A stretch of 64,000 bases of DNA from Octopus sinensis (GCF_006345805.1 NW_021835998.1:147410-211409), one strand, 5' to 3'; shown: positions 1 to 11,899, numbered from the stretch's first letter. A program made the numbers and translations. The notes: generated by a model from the letters alone, not told the origin.

Positions 1-129
1 CGCAGAAAAGGTATTAAATATTGAATATAGCAATTTATATATGGAAGAGTGTAGATTAATCAATTATTCTAATTTAAAATTACATTTGAATTATTTTTTA
101 AAAATGGCTTACCCAAAAGTATATTAATT

Positions 130-1182
130 TTGCGGAATTACTTTTCTATGCCTAAGGTCCTTTACACATTAAGGTGTGCTCCCTGTTTCAAAAGAGACGA
201 CCTTCTGTCAAATCTGGATAACATCCTCAGGCTCGGTACGAGCTCGCTATGTAATCTGGCCATTGACGATCCGGGTTGGTCTCAGGCATCTCTACCGGTG
301 CGCTGGGCGGCCTGGGCATGAGATCTTATTCCGATCTCGCCCTCCCAGCCTTCCTTTCCGCACGCTCTGCTTCACGTATTCTCTCAGACATCGTTCTCAG
401 AAACCTTCCCGAACGCAAATTGTCTGAAGATTACTCTGCTGCCTGTGGTCGGTGGGAAGCTCGGTTTGGCCCGTGTATACCTGATTCCACATCTATCCAG
501 CGCCAATGGGATGAAATCTCCTGTCAGAAAATATACGAAGACCTGATCGCCGTCTCTAATCAACACCGCCTCGCCTGCCTACGCGCAGGTCGCTGTCAAG
601 GCAGCGGTGCTTGGCTGAAGGCCCCCCCTCTTCCGAGCATCGGGACACTACTCGACGGCGATTGCCTCAGAGTAGCTATCTCCCTCCGCCTCGGTTTGAA
701 GATCTGCGTAATTCACAAGTGCCGCTGTGGGGCCATGATCGACCAGTACGGACTACACCCTCTTTCCTGCAGACGCAGTGCTGGGCGTGCCCCACGCCAC
801 GCTGCCCTAAATGACGTCGTCCTGAGGGGGCTCAAAGCTGCCGGAATCCCATCAATTCTCGAACCAGTTGGGCTTGCTAGGGGAGACGGAAAGAGGCCTG
901 ACGGTCTATCCACCTTCCCATTCGAGTTCGGAAAATCGCTGATATGGGATGCAACTTGCTCAGATACTTTTTCTGAACTAAATCTTCCTCCTTCAGCTGT
1001 CGCAGCTGGCTCTGCTTCTCGCAGAGCAGAAGAATTAAAGATTTCAAAGTACACCAATCTCTCGGAACGCTATCTGTTTACCCCGATCGCCGTGGAGACC
1101 TCTGGCGTAATCGGTGACAGGTCACTCATTTTCCTCAAAAAGCTGGGTCGTCTGATTTCTCGCAAGAGAAACGACACGCGTG
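130..1182 (+). mobile_element. CRE-clade-like non-LTR retrotransposon, 3' half (RT thumb, zinc knuckle, restriction-like endonuclease), 3'-truncated
   Basis: PKVLYTLRCAP, WSQASLPVRWGGLG (frameshift), HKCRCG..HPLSC..RHAALN, GDGKRPDG..WDATC..PIAVET motifs. Confidence 0.85.
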
Positions 1183-1400
1183 TTATGTTGTCACTTGCCA
1201 ACGTTAGGGTTAAGGTTAGGGTTAGATTTTGAATATTTATGTTGTCACTTGCCAACGTTAGGGTTTGGGTTAGGGTTAGATTTTGAATATTTATGTTGTC
1301 ACTTGCCAACGTTAGGGTTTGGGTTAAGGTTAGGGTTAGATTTTGAATATTTATGTTGTCACTTGCCAACGTTAGGGTTTGGGGTAAGGTTAGAGTTAAA
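1183..1400 (+). repeat. Minisatellite, 4 units (54/54/60 bp plus partial) containing degenerate TTAGGG tracts
   Basis: Unit TTATGTTGTCACTTGCCAACG-(TTAGGG-like)n-TTAGATTTTGAATAT starting at 1183, 1237, 1291, 1351. Confidence 0.9.
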
Positions 1401-2460
1401 GTTGTTACAAACTTTGCAAAAAATTTGATGTAAATTATAATTTGCTAATGTTGCAATTTATATTATCAAAAATAAAAATAATTCACATTCTAATTTGCTA
1501 ATGTTGTAAATAATTTTACTATTTTAAAGCAAGCATGGTTCAAATATAAAACATCATTTTCTCAAAAATTTAAAGTTCAATCATTAGTACGGATCGTTTG
1601 CTTTTATATTAGTTGGCCTTTTAGTAAATATTTGCTATGTAGTTGCCATGGAAACACGTAAAGGCCAGGTTGCCCACAGGGGTCTGATCACCCATGTGAC
1701 ATATTAGCAGAGTAAAAAAACTTTAATTGCAAATATTCATGGGGTTCGTTCTGTGTTTTTTCTCGTGGCATATTTACTTAATTGTGAAATAATTGTGCCA
1801 TTGTTACAAATTCGACGCGGCCGAAGGCCGCATAGGGAAAAATATACACATTGAATCATCCGGCCATAGGCCGGATTGTATTTTAGAGTTTTAATGATAA
1901 AAATAGAAATTTACAACATTTTTAAAAATTAAAAATGGATTTTTCTAATAAACTTTATTGTTGAGAATTGTTTGGCTAACCTTGGTTAAAGCGTTTTTAA
2001 ATAAAATGAAAAATCAATACGGTAATTATCTGGAAATGACTGGATGTTGGTTTTTTATTAACTCAGTAACTTCAATATTTTGGCAAAATAATATTAAAAT
2101 CAACAAAAGAATGAACAGAAAAAGAAAATAACTTCCGAAAGGTAGTTTTATTAAAATTTTATACATAACCGATATGGCGCCCCGACCTATCTGGACGGTG
2201 ACATACTTTTGTGTTATGTATTAATTTTAATTTATTATTCTGCTCCCATTTTCTATCGATCCATATTTTTAACCAGACATATTTTTAATGAGCACGACAA
2301 AGATTTTTAATCGATGTAAAAGCATTCTAAATTATTATTATAAAGCACTTTCGGAAAAGTCATAAGTTAATTAAGCTTTCCTTGTGCCACCATTGAAATT
2401 CTCCCGGTCATGCGTCTCCAGGCTCTCCGGTCAGTTGCGATCGTCCTGAGTGAGTCGAGA

Positions 2461-3440
2461 TCATCGCCATTTTTCAGTTTTTTTATTAATTCCAGCTAGA
2501 TCTTCATTTAGCGTGGTAGCCAGAGTGACCCTGGGTCTTCCACGGAAGTCTCCTTTGGAATGGGCAAAGTAGTTTTCCATCGCGATATTCGGCGGAGTGA
2601 GGCTGTCAAGTCTTAATATGTGTCCAAAGAGTCGCCATCTGGACTCCAGGATGTCCATAGAGATCGGTCTCGAATTGCATCTTTTGTATAGGGTGGAATT
2701 TGCTATTTTCCTTGAGAATTGCATGTTTATCACTCTTCTCAGTTGGTTCCGATGAAATCGGTCCAAATTGTTCATATCGGTCTTACTGATTCCCCACGTC
2801 GATCCATTGTACATTAGGACTGGGACAACAAATGTGTTGTATATTTTAAGTTTTGTCTTTGAATTTAGCTTCTTTAGGCGCCAGATGTTCATAAACTTAT
2901 TGTATGTGGCAATTGATAGTATTTTTCTGTGCATAATGTCTTCAGAGTCCCCTAAGAGAGATCCGACTTTTTTTTGTCTTCTCCAGGGCTCATCATGAGT
3001 TCGTTCAGATCGAATAAATTTCGTATGTTCAGTTTTATTGTGGTTGATTGTTAGAAACCATTTGGAAAAAATATCTGGTAATGTTTCGATAATAAATCGA
3101 AGGGTTTCAGCATCATCAGATACGAAGTCGACATCATCAGCATATATTATTTCGTTGTATTTAGTGTTGTCCACAAGAGGCCGAAAGTCTTTGAGTGCTG
3201 CCTCTAGGTAGACGATAAAGAGAACTGGGGACAGCGAATCGCCTTGTGGTATGCCCCGTGATGTGTAGAAATAGTTTGACACATTTTTACCAAGTTTGGT
3301 TGCTAATTGAGTGTTCTGAAGAAGCATTAGGATTATTCTGATGTCGTCATGATTTAAGAAGGTCATAAGTATTTCCACAAGTTTAGTTCTGTGAACAGAG
3401 TCGAATGCTCTGGACATATCGATGCCGAGTATTCTAAATG
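2461..3440 (-). mobile_element. RTE-like non-LTR reverse transcriptase, C-terminal part
   Basis: DMSRAFDSV, GIPQGDSLSP, YADD, RWRLFGHILR, GRPRVTL. Confidence 0.8.
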
Positions 3441-3818
3441 CGAATTTCTAAAAAGACTTTAACAAAAAATAATGCGTGTCGTTTCAGCAAAAAAATGCTG
3501 TTAAAGACAATTAATGGTGCACCTGATATCCAAGCTCAAAATCATTAAAGAAAGTAAACATCAACTCTAATAATCTGCCATTATAGATAAAAAAATGCTA
3601 AAGGAGAAGTATAAACGGTCGAAAATTATCTACTTTGGTTTTTATGTTTTTGGTCTCCAGGGTGGTTTTTAATTCGATCACGGTTATCGACTCTTATTTC
3701 TAAAGTATAGAAGTTAAATTCTTATAGTCTTTTTAAACTAATTTTAAAATAAAACGTAAAACTTTGGCTAAATGAAACAAAACAAAAATTAAAGAAACCA
3801 AAAGAGATAGTTAGATGG

Positions 3819-4688
3819 TTAAAAGGGTTTAGTTAAATGGGAAAAGTAACCCCATGTCATCACCTTAAAAAAAGGCCTGCACTTTAATTTACATTCATTG
3901 TTATTAAGTTCACATGCTTTCCTCAAGTAATCAAATTGCTCACAGTAGACTGTCGGCAAATCGATAGCCAGGCCGCCTTTAATCACTTCAATTTTTTTAA
4001 ATCCCAATTCTGTTATTTTCGAATATAAATTTCCGGATATAATAACTGAATCGGGTCCGAACCTAAAATATCTTAGTCAATGCAAATACAGTCTTTCTCC
4101 GCCAATATACTCCAAATTTTTAAGAAAGTTAAGATTTTTTAATTTAGCAGGAACGGAGATCATGACAAATCCTGTCAACGCCTGAACCGAACTTAGATAT
4201 TTAAAGTTTTCAATTTGAATTTCTCTAATTATAGAGATTTGCAATCAAGTACTCGTGTGGCATTATGAAAATGCTTCCGATTACGACAGAACAATGTTCA
4301 AATTGATTGATGTTCAAATTGGTGATCAAAATGACTTCTTCCACGATTTCACAAACTATTTTTGTGAAGAAAAACATTTCTAAACTATAAGAGTTGTTGA
4401 AAAGGTTCATTTTTATTTCGCGTCCACCGATTAATACTTCACGTTCTCCACACTCCAACTCATTTTCGCAATCGTGAATTATTTGTGCTATGAAAATTTT
4501 TGTGATCAAAAAACTTTTAACAAGTTTAGCGTCACACGGATATTTTAAGAAGGAAATTCGCTCTTTGCCCGAATCCAACGTGATTTTTTTTGTCTTTTTG
4601 CATTCTATGTATAAATAATGAGCCAAATTCCACCTTGTGAATTCACAATAAAAACCAGGGAGCTTACAATCGCTAGATAACAAAGCAT
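3819..4688 (-). CDS. Putative secreted receptor L-domain (EGFR/insulin-receptor-like) protein; spliced, ~240-260 aa
   Basis: ATG at 4688 gives signal-like MLCYLAIVSSLVFIVNSQ. GT-AG introns 4633-4605 (29 nt), 4252-4225 (28) and 4089-4063 (27) join the frames into TNLNINQFEHCSVVIGSIFI..YLSSVQALTGFVMI..LNFLKNLEYIGG..ITELGFKKIEVIKGGLAI. Two further in-frame introns (27, 30 nt) are possible. Confidence 0.7.
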
Positions 4689-4929
4689 TTTAACGAACGG
4701 GAAACCAATCTCCTTTTATATTAATCAGGTACGTAAGTTTTAGACACAATCAATAATTAAAAATGATTGAAATAAACACGTATTATCATTTCAAACATCG
4801 CTTGATAATTAATCTATTATTCCGAACATTGCAAGCTAATTAGTCTAAATAATATTAATCAATTAATTACTAAAAATAAAATAGTTGTAATTTACTAGAA
4901 GTTAACCAGCCATCCATCCGAAGTGAACT

Positions 4930-5165
4930 CCGCCAACATTATTGACGTTGCGTTGCCTCTTGCAATAGGAAGGGAGATCAACTGGAGAACGAAATTGTCA
5001 AGTGAGCCTTGGAGTCTGCAGGATACCCCGCCGTACTTAAACCAGTTGGGGTTGACAGAGGAGATTGAAAACGTCCTGATGAGATCACAATTTTTTCATT
5101 TGAAGAGGGGAAACCTCTAGTCTGGGACGCAACATGTGTTGACACTCTCTGCCCGTTCAACATTG
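4930..5165 (+). mobile_element. Degraded CRE-like endonuclease fragment
   Basis: ALESAGYPAVLKPVGVDRGD*KRPD..LVWDATCVDT. Confidence 0.7.
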
Positions 5166-5169
5166 CCGG

Positions 5170-6355
5170 AGCGCAGTGGACAGACTGTATGCTGCGAATT
5201 CGAGCCGAGTGAGTACGATGAAATGGACCTTATTGTCCGAAGAGTACTCCGAGAGAATCACGTCCATGTGTTGGCAAGCAATAAGGAGAGATTGTACTTG
5301 TCTCGCGGGCAGCTAGGACGTAAACTGAATAACATCGTACACTTAAGTGAGCGAATTCTTACTAAGATGCACGACACCTTGTGGAGTGGGTCGAGTGTAT
5401 CCCAAAGGAAGGCTGCCATCCTTGCTGCTGAAAAAGCACGTAGTGCACACCTAGGGACCATAAAAGGCTATGTGTCGGCTAAGTATGGTCTAGGTGCTAC
5501 CCAAGTTAATGTGAAGGAGTTGATCAAACTTCAAAAGGAGTCTCTAATTAAAAAGATCAACTTAAAAGTCCTTCACAAGACTCTCTTTAGCAGCCTGGAC
5601 AACCCGCACATTGACGTATCGTCGTCATCAACGTGGCTGAAATATGGAAATAACTCTCCCCGATCTGAAGGGTTGTTCTCATATTTGCAGGATAGAAACT
5701 TTTTTAATGGTCAACAGAAACAGTGTAACCACTGTAAGAGTAAGGCAATGACCGTTGACCATTTAGCCACGAAGTGCGGGAGTATGCTTTACCATGATTA
5801 CACATGGAGGCATAACGAGGTGGTAAGGTCCCTCCATCTTTTGCTCTGCAATAAGTACGGCTTGAGGCGGTCCAGAAAATAGCGAACCCATCGAGTTCAA
5901 TCGGTGTGTGAGAACTCGCGGGTGTGCATTAAGGTGGATACCCCCATACGCACCTCGATTGTTGTCCAGCACAACAGACCCGACATTGTGGTCCACGATA
6001 AGGTCACCGGGGAGATTGTTATCGTGGAGGTGGGCATCACGTGCCTAGACCGTTTGCAGATAGTGGAAGTGGAGAAAAGGAGCAAGTATGACCTCCTTGC
6101 AAACGAGCTAAAACTGATGCACCAGTGCAAAGTCCATGTCATTCCGTGTGTGATGACATGGGATGGACTGGTCACCAAATACCACAAGACAGTTGGATGT
6201 AGATAAGTCTCTACAGGCTTATATACAGTCAACTGTTCTTAAGAGGACTCTGGAAAGTGTCTCGTTTGATGCTCGCCGATCCAGCCCTTTCCTGACGTTT
6301 AGTCAGCAAGAGGCGCTGGACTGCACCTTCTCGAAGGTCTACAGTGCCAGAGAAG
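5170..6355 (+). mobile_element. R4/Dong-like non-LTR retrotransposon 3' half (thumb, CCHC, RLE)
   Basis: ERLYLSRGQLGR, CNHC..DHLATKC..RHNEVV, NRPDIVVHDK..IVEVG..EKRSKYDLLA; internal stop at 5880. Confidence 0.8.
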
Positions 6356-6589
6356 TTTTTTATATAAAGATTTAATCAATCAGTCAAAAGATGGATATCT
6401 TCAACAAGCAATTCCAATGGAAGATTTGGGAAATATTTTAATATGACCAAAACAAATATTCCGTCGTTCAAATTAAGGGATGTCCATTTTCTAACTTTTT
6501 TTGAAACTTTGGGATTTAAACTGCCTAGTGAGACACATTCCAGAGATCTTGTTTCCACTATTTTTGTGAAACAGGTTGAAAATAGCAAC

Positions 6590-6990
6590 GTTCTTTATGA
6601 AATGATATGTACTGATGATCTTAAAAAATACTATTCGACCTTATTGAAAATTAATATGAGGCAAATAATCGCATATGTGGGAGAAGCATCGAGTCGAGCA
6701 ACAACAACAATTGTTGGATGAAAATAAACGAACAGAGAACATGTTTTCATGAAATTAATTCAAAAAAATCAGAATTAATTGATAAGCATGTTTTTGCTTT
6801 AATGGATCTTGAAATGAACGGAATTGAGGATAATGATATTTTGTATAATGGAAATGATGAAATTGAAGGGTCCGATTTAAAAGATTCAATGAGAATAATT
6901 AATGATCTTGAAACTTCCTTATTCAACACTTGACCTGAAGGACTCAAAAAATACTATGAATTCAAGATAAAAATGTCAAGATTCTAAGAA
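6590..6990 (+). mobile_element. Remnant C-terminus of an older pogo/Tigger-like transposase
   Basis: KINMRQIIAYV and IINDLETSLFNT*PEGLKKYYEFKIKM align by eye with the C-terminus of the adjacent intact Tigger ORF. Confidence 0.45.
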
Positions 6991-7125
6991 ATAAATATAA
7001 TACTGGATTCAAAATAACTGATTATTTTTCATAGAATAAATTAATTCCTCTTTATTAATACGAAAAAACATATTTTATTATTAAAAATAGAGATATTTGC
7101 TTTTAAAATGTAAAAATTATATATA

Positions 7126-8868
7126 CAGTCCGACCCCAAAATGGGGCAGACCCCAGGGGTGGGGCACCCTCGGATTTTGGGGCACCCCCGCAATTTGGGG
7201 CACTTTATTCCAAAAGTACATTTTGGCAGAAAAAAAATAAAAATCGATAAAAAATTATGGAATTTTTGGGGCACCATAAAATCATTTATAAGGAATTAAA
7301 AATAAAATAAAATTATAATAAATTAATTATTTTTTGTTTTATTTTCAATTTATATTTTTATTGTTGTGGTTATGGATTACGAAACTAAATTGAAGATTGC
7401 TAAAGAAATTTTGAAGAAAAATTTATCTGAGAGGCAACTAATGAAAAAGTACAACACAAGTAAAGGAACAATATCAAGAATAAAACGAAATATTGTACCT
7501 TTCTTGCAACACGGCAATACTATTTCTGAGGAATATGACACATTTAAAGCCGATAAAGATAAATTTGATGATCAAGTCTTTGAAATATTTCAAAGACTAC
7601 GCGTAGATAAAATTCCGATTTCAGGCCCTATTTTGAAAAAAATTGCCTTAGTTACAGCTTCAAAAATTGGATTTACTTCTTTTAAAGCTTCCAATGGGTG
7701 GCTTGATAGATTTAAATTGCGGCATGAACTTCAATTCAAGTCAATATGTGGTGAAAAAGCTTCATGTGATTTATCTTATGTGAAAAATTATTTTGAAAAA
7801 TATGACCAGAAAGTATTAAAATATGGACCTGAGAATATATTTAATTGTGATGAAACTGCGCTTTTTATAAAAAGAACTCCTCAAAAATCATTTGTTGAAC
7901 AAGGCGAACCGTGTTTTGGTTATAAACAAGGGAAAGAAAGACTCACTGTTCTTCTATGCTGCAGTTTAATCGGGGAAAAACTTAATCCATTGATTATTGG
8001 AAAATATAAAAAACCTCGGTGTCTAAAAAATTTTGATGTTCAAGATTTTGGGTTATTGTATTCATCTTCTCAAAATGCATGGATGACTGGAAAGACTTTT
8101 ATGAGTTGGCTTACACTTATAAATGAATCGTTTTGCAAAAACAACAGAAAAATATTATTAATACTTGACAATGCGGGATGCCATAAAACTGCCGAATGTT
8201 CGAACATCGAATTTTTATTTTTGCCGAAAAATACAACGCCCTATTTACAACCTTTGGATATGGGAATAATCAAGATTTTTAAAGATTATTATTCCTCTTT
8301 CTTAATGGAATTTTTATGTTTTCAAGATTTCGAAAACGATTTTACACATTCTATTGGTAAATTAAATTTGCGTCAGGTTATGATGCTAATTTCAAAAGGA
8401 TGGGAGAAAATAGATGCTAAAAGTATTGTTAATTGTTGGAAGAAAATCGACAGGAACCGTGATTCTTATGCAACAAAAAACTGTCTAACAGATGAACATT
8501 TAGATCAAGTTGTTAACGAAACAATTGATGGAGAATGCGAAGACATGAACAATAATGTTTATGATACATATTCAGAAACCGAAAATAGTGAAAATGTCGT
8601 AGCAAAAACAAAAGATCTGCTTAACAATTTAGAAGAAAAAATTTCTAATGTTGCACCAAGTATGCTCCGAGATTTTTTTGATTTTCGGCTGAAATTGACG
8701 AACAATATCAGACAAACTCTACAAATAAAAAGAAAATAACTGAATATTTTAGTAAAAATGTTTTTTGATGTTTATTAATGGTTTAATTTTTAAAAAAATA
8801 ACAAACCCCTGTTTTTGGGGCACCCCCGCATTTTGGGGCACTTGGTGCCCCATTTGGGGGTCGGACTG
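7126..8868 (+). mobile_element. Complete pogo/Tigger-like DNA transposon
   Basis: TIRs CAGTCCGACCCC(A/C)AAATGGGGCA, TA flanks on both sides, subterminal TGGGGCAC repeats, uninterrupted transposase ORF. Confidence 0.93.
7372..8739 (+). CDS. pogo/Tigger (CENP-B-like HTH + DDE_1) transposase, ~455 aa, intact and intronless
   Basis: FKASNGWLDRFK, FNCDETALF, LILDNAGCH, LQPLDMGII. Confidence 0.9.
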   Translation: MDYETKLKIAKEILKKNLSERQLMKKYNTSKGTISRIKRNIVPFLQHGNTISEEYDTFKADKDKFDDQVFEIFQRLRVDKIPISGPILKKIALVTASKIGFTSFKASNGWLDRFKLRHELQFKSICGEKASCDLSYVKNYFEKYDQKVLKYGPENIFNCDETALFIKRTPQKSFVEQGEPCFGYKQGKERLTVLLCCSLIGEKLNPLIIGKYKKPRCLKNFDVQDFGLLYSSSQNAWMTGKTFMSWLTLINESFCKNNRKILLILDNAGCHKTAECSNIEFLFLPKNTTPYLQPLDMGIIKIFKDYYSSFLMEFLCFQDFENDFTHSIGKLNLRQVMMLISKGWEKIDAKSIVNCWKKIDRNRDSYATKNCLTDEHLDQVVNETIDGECEDMNNNVYDTYSETENSENVVAKTKDLLNNLEEKISNVAPSMLRDFFDFRLKLTNNIRQTLQIKRK

Positions 8869-8904
8869 TACCTCTATCTTAGGGGCACCCTAATTCAAAT
8901 TGAT

Positions 8905-9312
8905 GCTACAACTATAAAAAAAAATAATCAATAAAATAGTGGAAAAAGATCGGAATACTAAAAAAATCCAAATAGACAATAGAATTAAATTTAATGTAAA
9001 AAGTTCTTATGAATGGAGATTAATTAATTGATAAAGTGAATATAAATTCGCTTGCAAAATAAACTTTATCCAGGATATTTTACCAGTAGTCAAATTAATT
9101 AATCTTCAAACAAATAAATAAACAAAAATATTAAACAATAAAACATTAATAGCGAGATAAAATGAAATAAAAATTAACAACCAAATACACAACAAAAGAA
9201 AAAAAACATTAATAACACGTGATAATTTATTTCAATTAATTCGATAAATTTCGAACATTTAAAAAATTATATAAATAACATTTAATATTGTCAGTCATTT
9301 TGAATTCAATTA
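8905..9312 (+). repeat. Dispersed AT-rich repeat; second copy at ~25441-25982 carries a ~125-bp insert
   Basis: Near-identical AAAATAATCAATAAAATAGTGGAAAAAGAT...TCAGTCATTTTGAATTCAATTA in both places. Confidence 0.8.
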
Positions 9313-9479
9313 GGTTTATTCTATAAGTTTTTAAATATAAATTGGAATTTTGAATAATTATTTTTTAATTGTGATAAAAAATCATACTATAAAGGCTATT
9401 TTTAATTTAAAATTCCATTTTTAATGCTAATTTAAAGTGCTTTCAAAACATTTATTAATGTCACTCATAAAATGGAACC

Positions 9480-9860
9480 TTTATTAATAAAAAGGAACTA
9501 ATTAACTAAGCAATTTTTCTAAGTCCAGCGCCTCTCGCTTACTAAACGTCAGGAAAGGGCGAGCATCAAACGAGACACTCTCCAGAGTCCTCTTAAGAAC
9601 AGTTGACTTTATGTAAGCCTGTAAAGACTTATCTACACCCAACTGTCTTAAGTACCGCTTTTGGTATTTTGTGACCAGTCCATCCCATGTCATCCTTCAC
9701 ATTTATTTGGGTAGCACCCAGACCATACTTAGCCGACACATAGCCTTTTATGGTCCCTAGGTGTGTACCACGCGCTTTTTAAGCAGCAAAGATGGCAGCC
9801 TTCCTTTGGGATACACTGGACCCACTCCACAAGGTGTCGTGCATCTTAGTAAGAATCTCA
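9480..9860 (-). mobile_element. Internally deleted R4-like fragments including the element 3' end
   Basis: Reverse complement matches 5375-5515 and 6150-6320 (MTWDGLVTKY..KRTLESVSFDAR). Confidence 0.8.
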
Positions 9861-10773
9861 TTAAATGGTAATAAATTAAATTAATTCAAATAAAATATTT
9901 TGCAATCCATATAGTATTTTTTACAGCCTATACGGATTCCAGTCATCGAGATTTACAGCTGATATGCTGTGATGACATCGATGGTTTTGTGCAATACATC
10001 AAAAGCACGAAGGGGTCACTGGCATCTAAGACATAAATATGTTCTAGGCCTTTAGCTTTATACACAGAGGGAGACTTCACAATACTTTGGAAAATTTGGT
10101 TGAGGGGGACAGTGTCAGAATGATCCGTCTATTACTCAGAGTGTACGTCTTGGTAATCAGAGGTTTCTTCCTATTTGAGACAACGTTGTAGTACCGCGGG
10201 GAGATTCCTAGTCATCAATACTTTTTGTGACATATTTGAAGGCGGCACTCAGAGAATTCAGACTATTGATTGGCAATAACTTACAATTCAGCAAAAAATT
10301 GAATTTTTCGCTGTCACAGAATTGCTGATAAATTTTCTCAATTGTTTCGAAAATTTGAAAAGGATATTTCGAAGATGCACGCCAAAATTTTCGCATAAAA
10401 TAAACGTGTCAATTCATTTACAAAAACTTTAAAACAGCTTCATATCCGGATCTTGATGAGAAGTTTGTTGAGTGGATGAATTGATTGGAATCAAAAGGTC
10501 TCATTCAAGCAAATTAATTCTGAACTTACAAAAATTTTATAGCGCAATTTGTTGACGATTCAATCCGAAATCTTATTGTCGAAAGGGAAAATTTTATGTT
10601 TTTTATTTGTGATGCTGCCAGGTATATGAAGGCCGGTATTGTTTTAATCCATTTACGATTTAGCCGGGAAAATTTTGACCATCTATGTTGTAATCTTTTC
10701 CATATTAATTGCGAAGCCTATATTTTACATAATTTTTCAATGGGAGGTCAGAAAATCTTATCCAGGAGTTGAT

Positions 10774-11203
10774 GGCCCTCTTGGCTGAAGAGTATGCCCT
10801 GGATACTGGAATTCAGCCGTCGTGGGTTCGAATCCAGAAGAGGCTACTTTGGAGTCGGGGTTAATCTCGTCGAAGTTCCTTTGCCCGTGAGGTGACGAGT
10901 ACATCTGGCACGACACAGTATGTCAAAAAGGGATCTCCTTCCTATCCGGCCTTAGAAAGGCGTTACGTGGTCCACCAAATTCACTTGGAGATTTCGACTG
11001 GATTTGGAAACGCCGAGGGGGCACCTAATGCTCACCGAAAAAGGACCAATAGCTCTCCTACCCCCTGGGACATCGTCGTCGCAGGACGATGCACTTTGCA
11101 TAGGATTGAACCTTTCCGGAGGATCTCCGTCGAAGTGCGTCGGGATCACACGCTAATTAGTTTGGTCTTAACTGTGGTCTTGGTGTTTAATAAATAAATA
11201 AAT
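10774..11203 (+). mobile_element. tRNA-headed SINE, copy 1
   Basis: A-box-like TGGCTGAAGAG, B box GGTTCGAATCC (10825-10835), acceptor-like ends, ~350-bp body, (TAAA)n tail. Confidence 0.8.
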
Positions 11204-11207
11204 GACG

Positions 11208-11635
11208 TGGCTGAAGACTAAGCTATGGATAATGGATTTGGACAGTCGTGAGTTCGATTCCGAAGGAGGCCAGTTTTCATCCTGGGGCCAATTCTCGTTA
11301 TCGTTCCCCTGCCCATGAGGCAACGAGTACTTCTGGCACGACACAGTTGGAAATAGGGATCTCTTACCTTCCGGTCTTAGCGTGGCGTTATGGGGTCCAC
11401 CATGTCAGTTGGAAAATTCCATTCGGATATGGCAACGCTCAGGAGGCACTTAATGCCTACCGAAAAAGGACTTCTAGCTCTCAGACCCTGGGACATCGTC
11501 GTCTCAGGCCGATCATGCGGGCAGGATCGAACCTTTCAGAAGGATCTCCCTCGTTTGGATCGGCGATCACGGGAATAACTATAATTAACTGGCTTTGCCC
11601 GTATTTGGTCTTTAATAAATAAATAAATAAATAAT
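11208..11635 (+). mobile_element. tRNA-headed SINE, copy 2 (diverged subfamily, slightly 5'-truncated)
   Basis: Collinear with copy 1, B box GAGTTCGATTCC, (TAAA)n tail, flanked by AATGACGTG at 11201-11209 and 11633-11641. Confidence 0.8.
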
Positions 11636-11899
11636 GACGTGATAGCCAACGTACAGAATTGTCTTAAGAAGAACCAATCATTGCTGTTGTCATCGTTTTC
11701 AGTTGCTTTTCACCTGAAGAAAGACTTCATAAAATGGATGATCTGGTGCGTAGCGCCGGTTTAGGGATGGCAACAGGTCCTAGTATTATGTATTTAAACA
11801 GTTAAATATATAAATCGTTAAATATAAAAAAATTTATTGGTACTTGTGGATTTCATGCATCACGAAATAAGGCTCTAAATAAATTAATGATATTTTTTT

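Noticed and set aside
1070-1428. Repetitive-protein ORFs (LTLTLT / LGLGL)
   Set aside because: Translation artefacts of a hexamer-based minisatellite
10774-10846. Functional tRNA gene
   Set aside because: Irregular D-arm and 8-nt anticodon loop, followed by a repeated body and (TAAA)n tail; better explained as a SINE head
10892-11622. The 101-aa and 124-aa ORFs in the SINEs as proteins
   Set aside because: GTG starts inside non-coding SINE sequence, and frames are not consistently preserved between the copies
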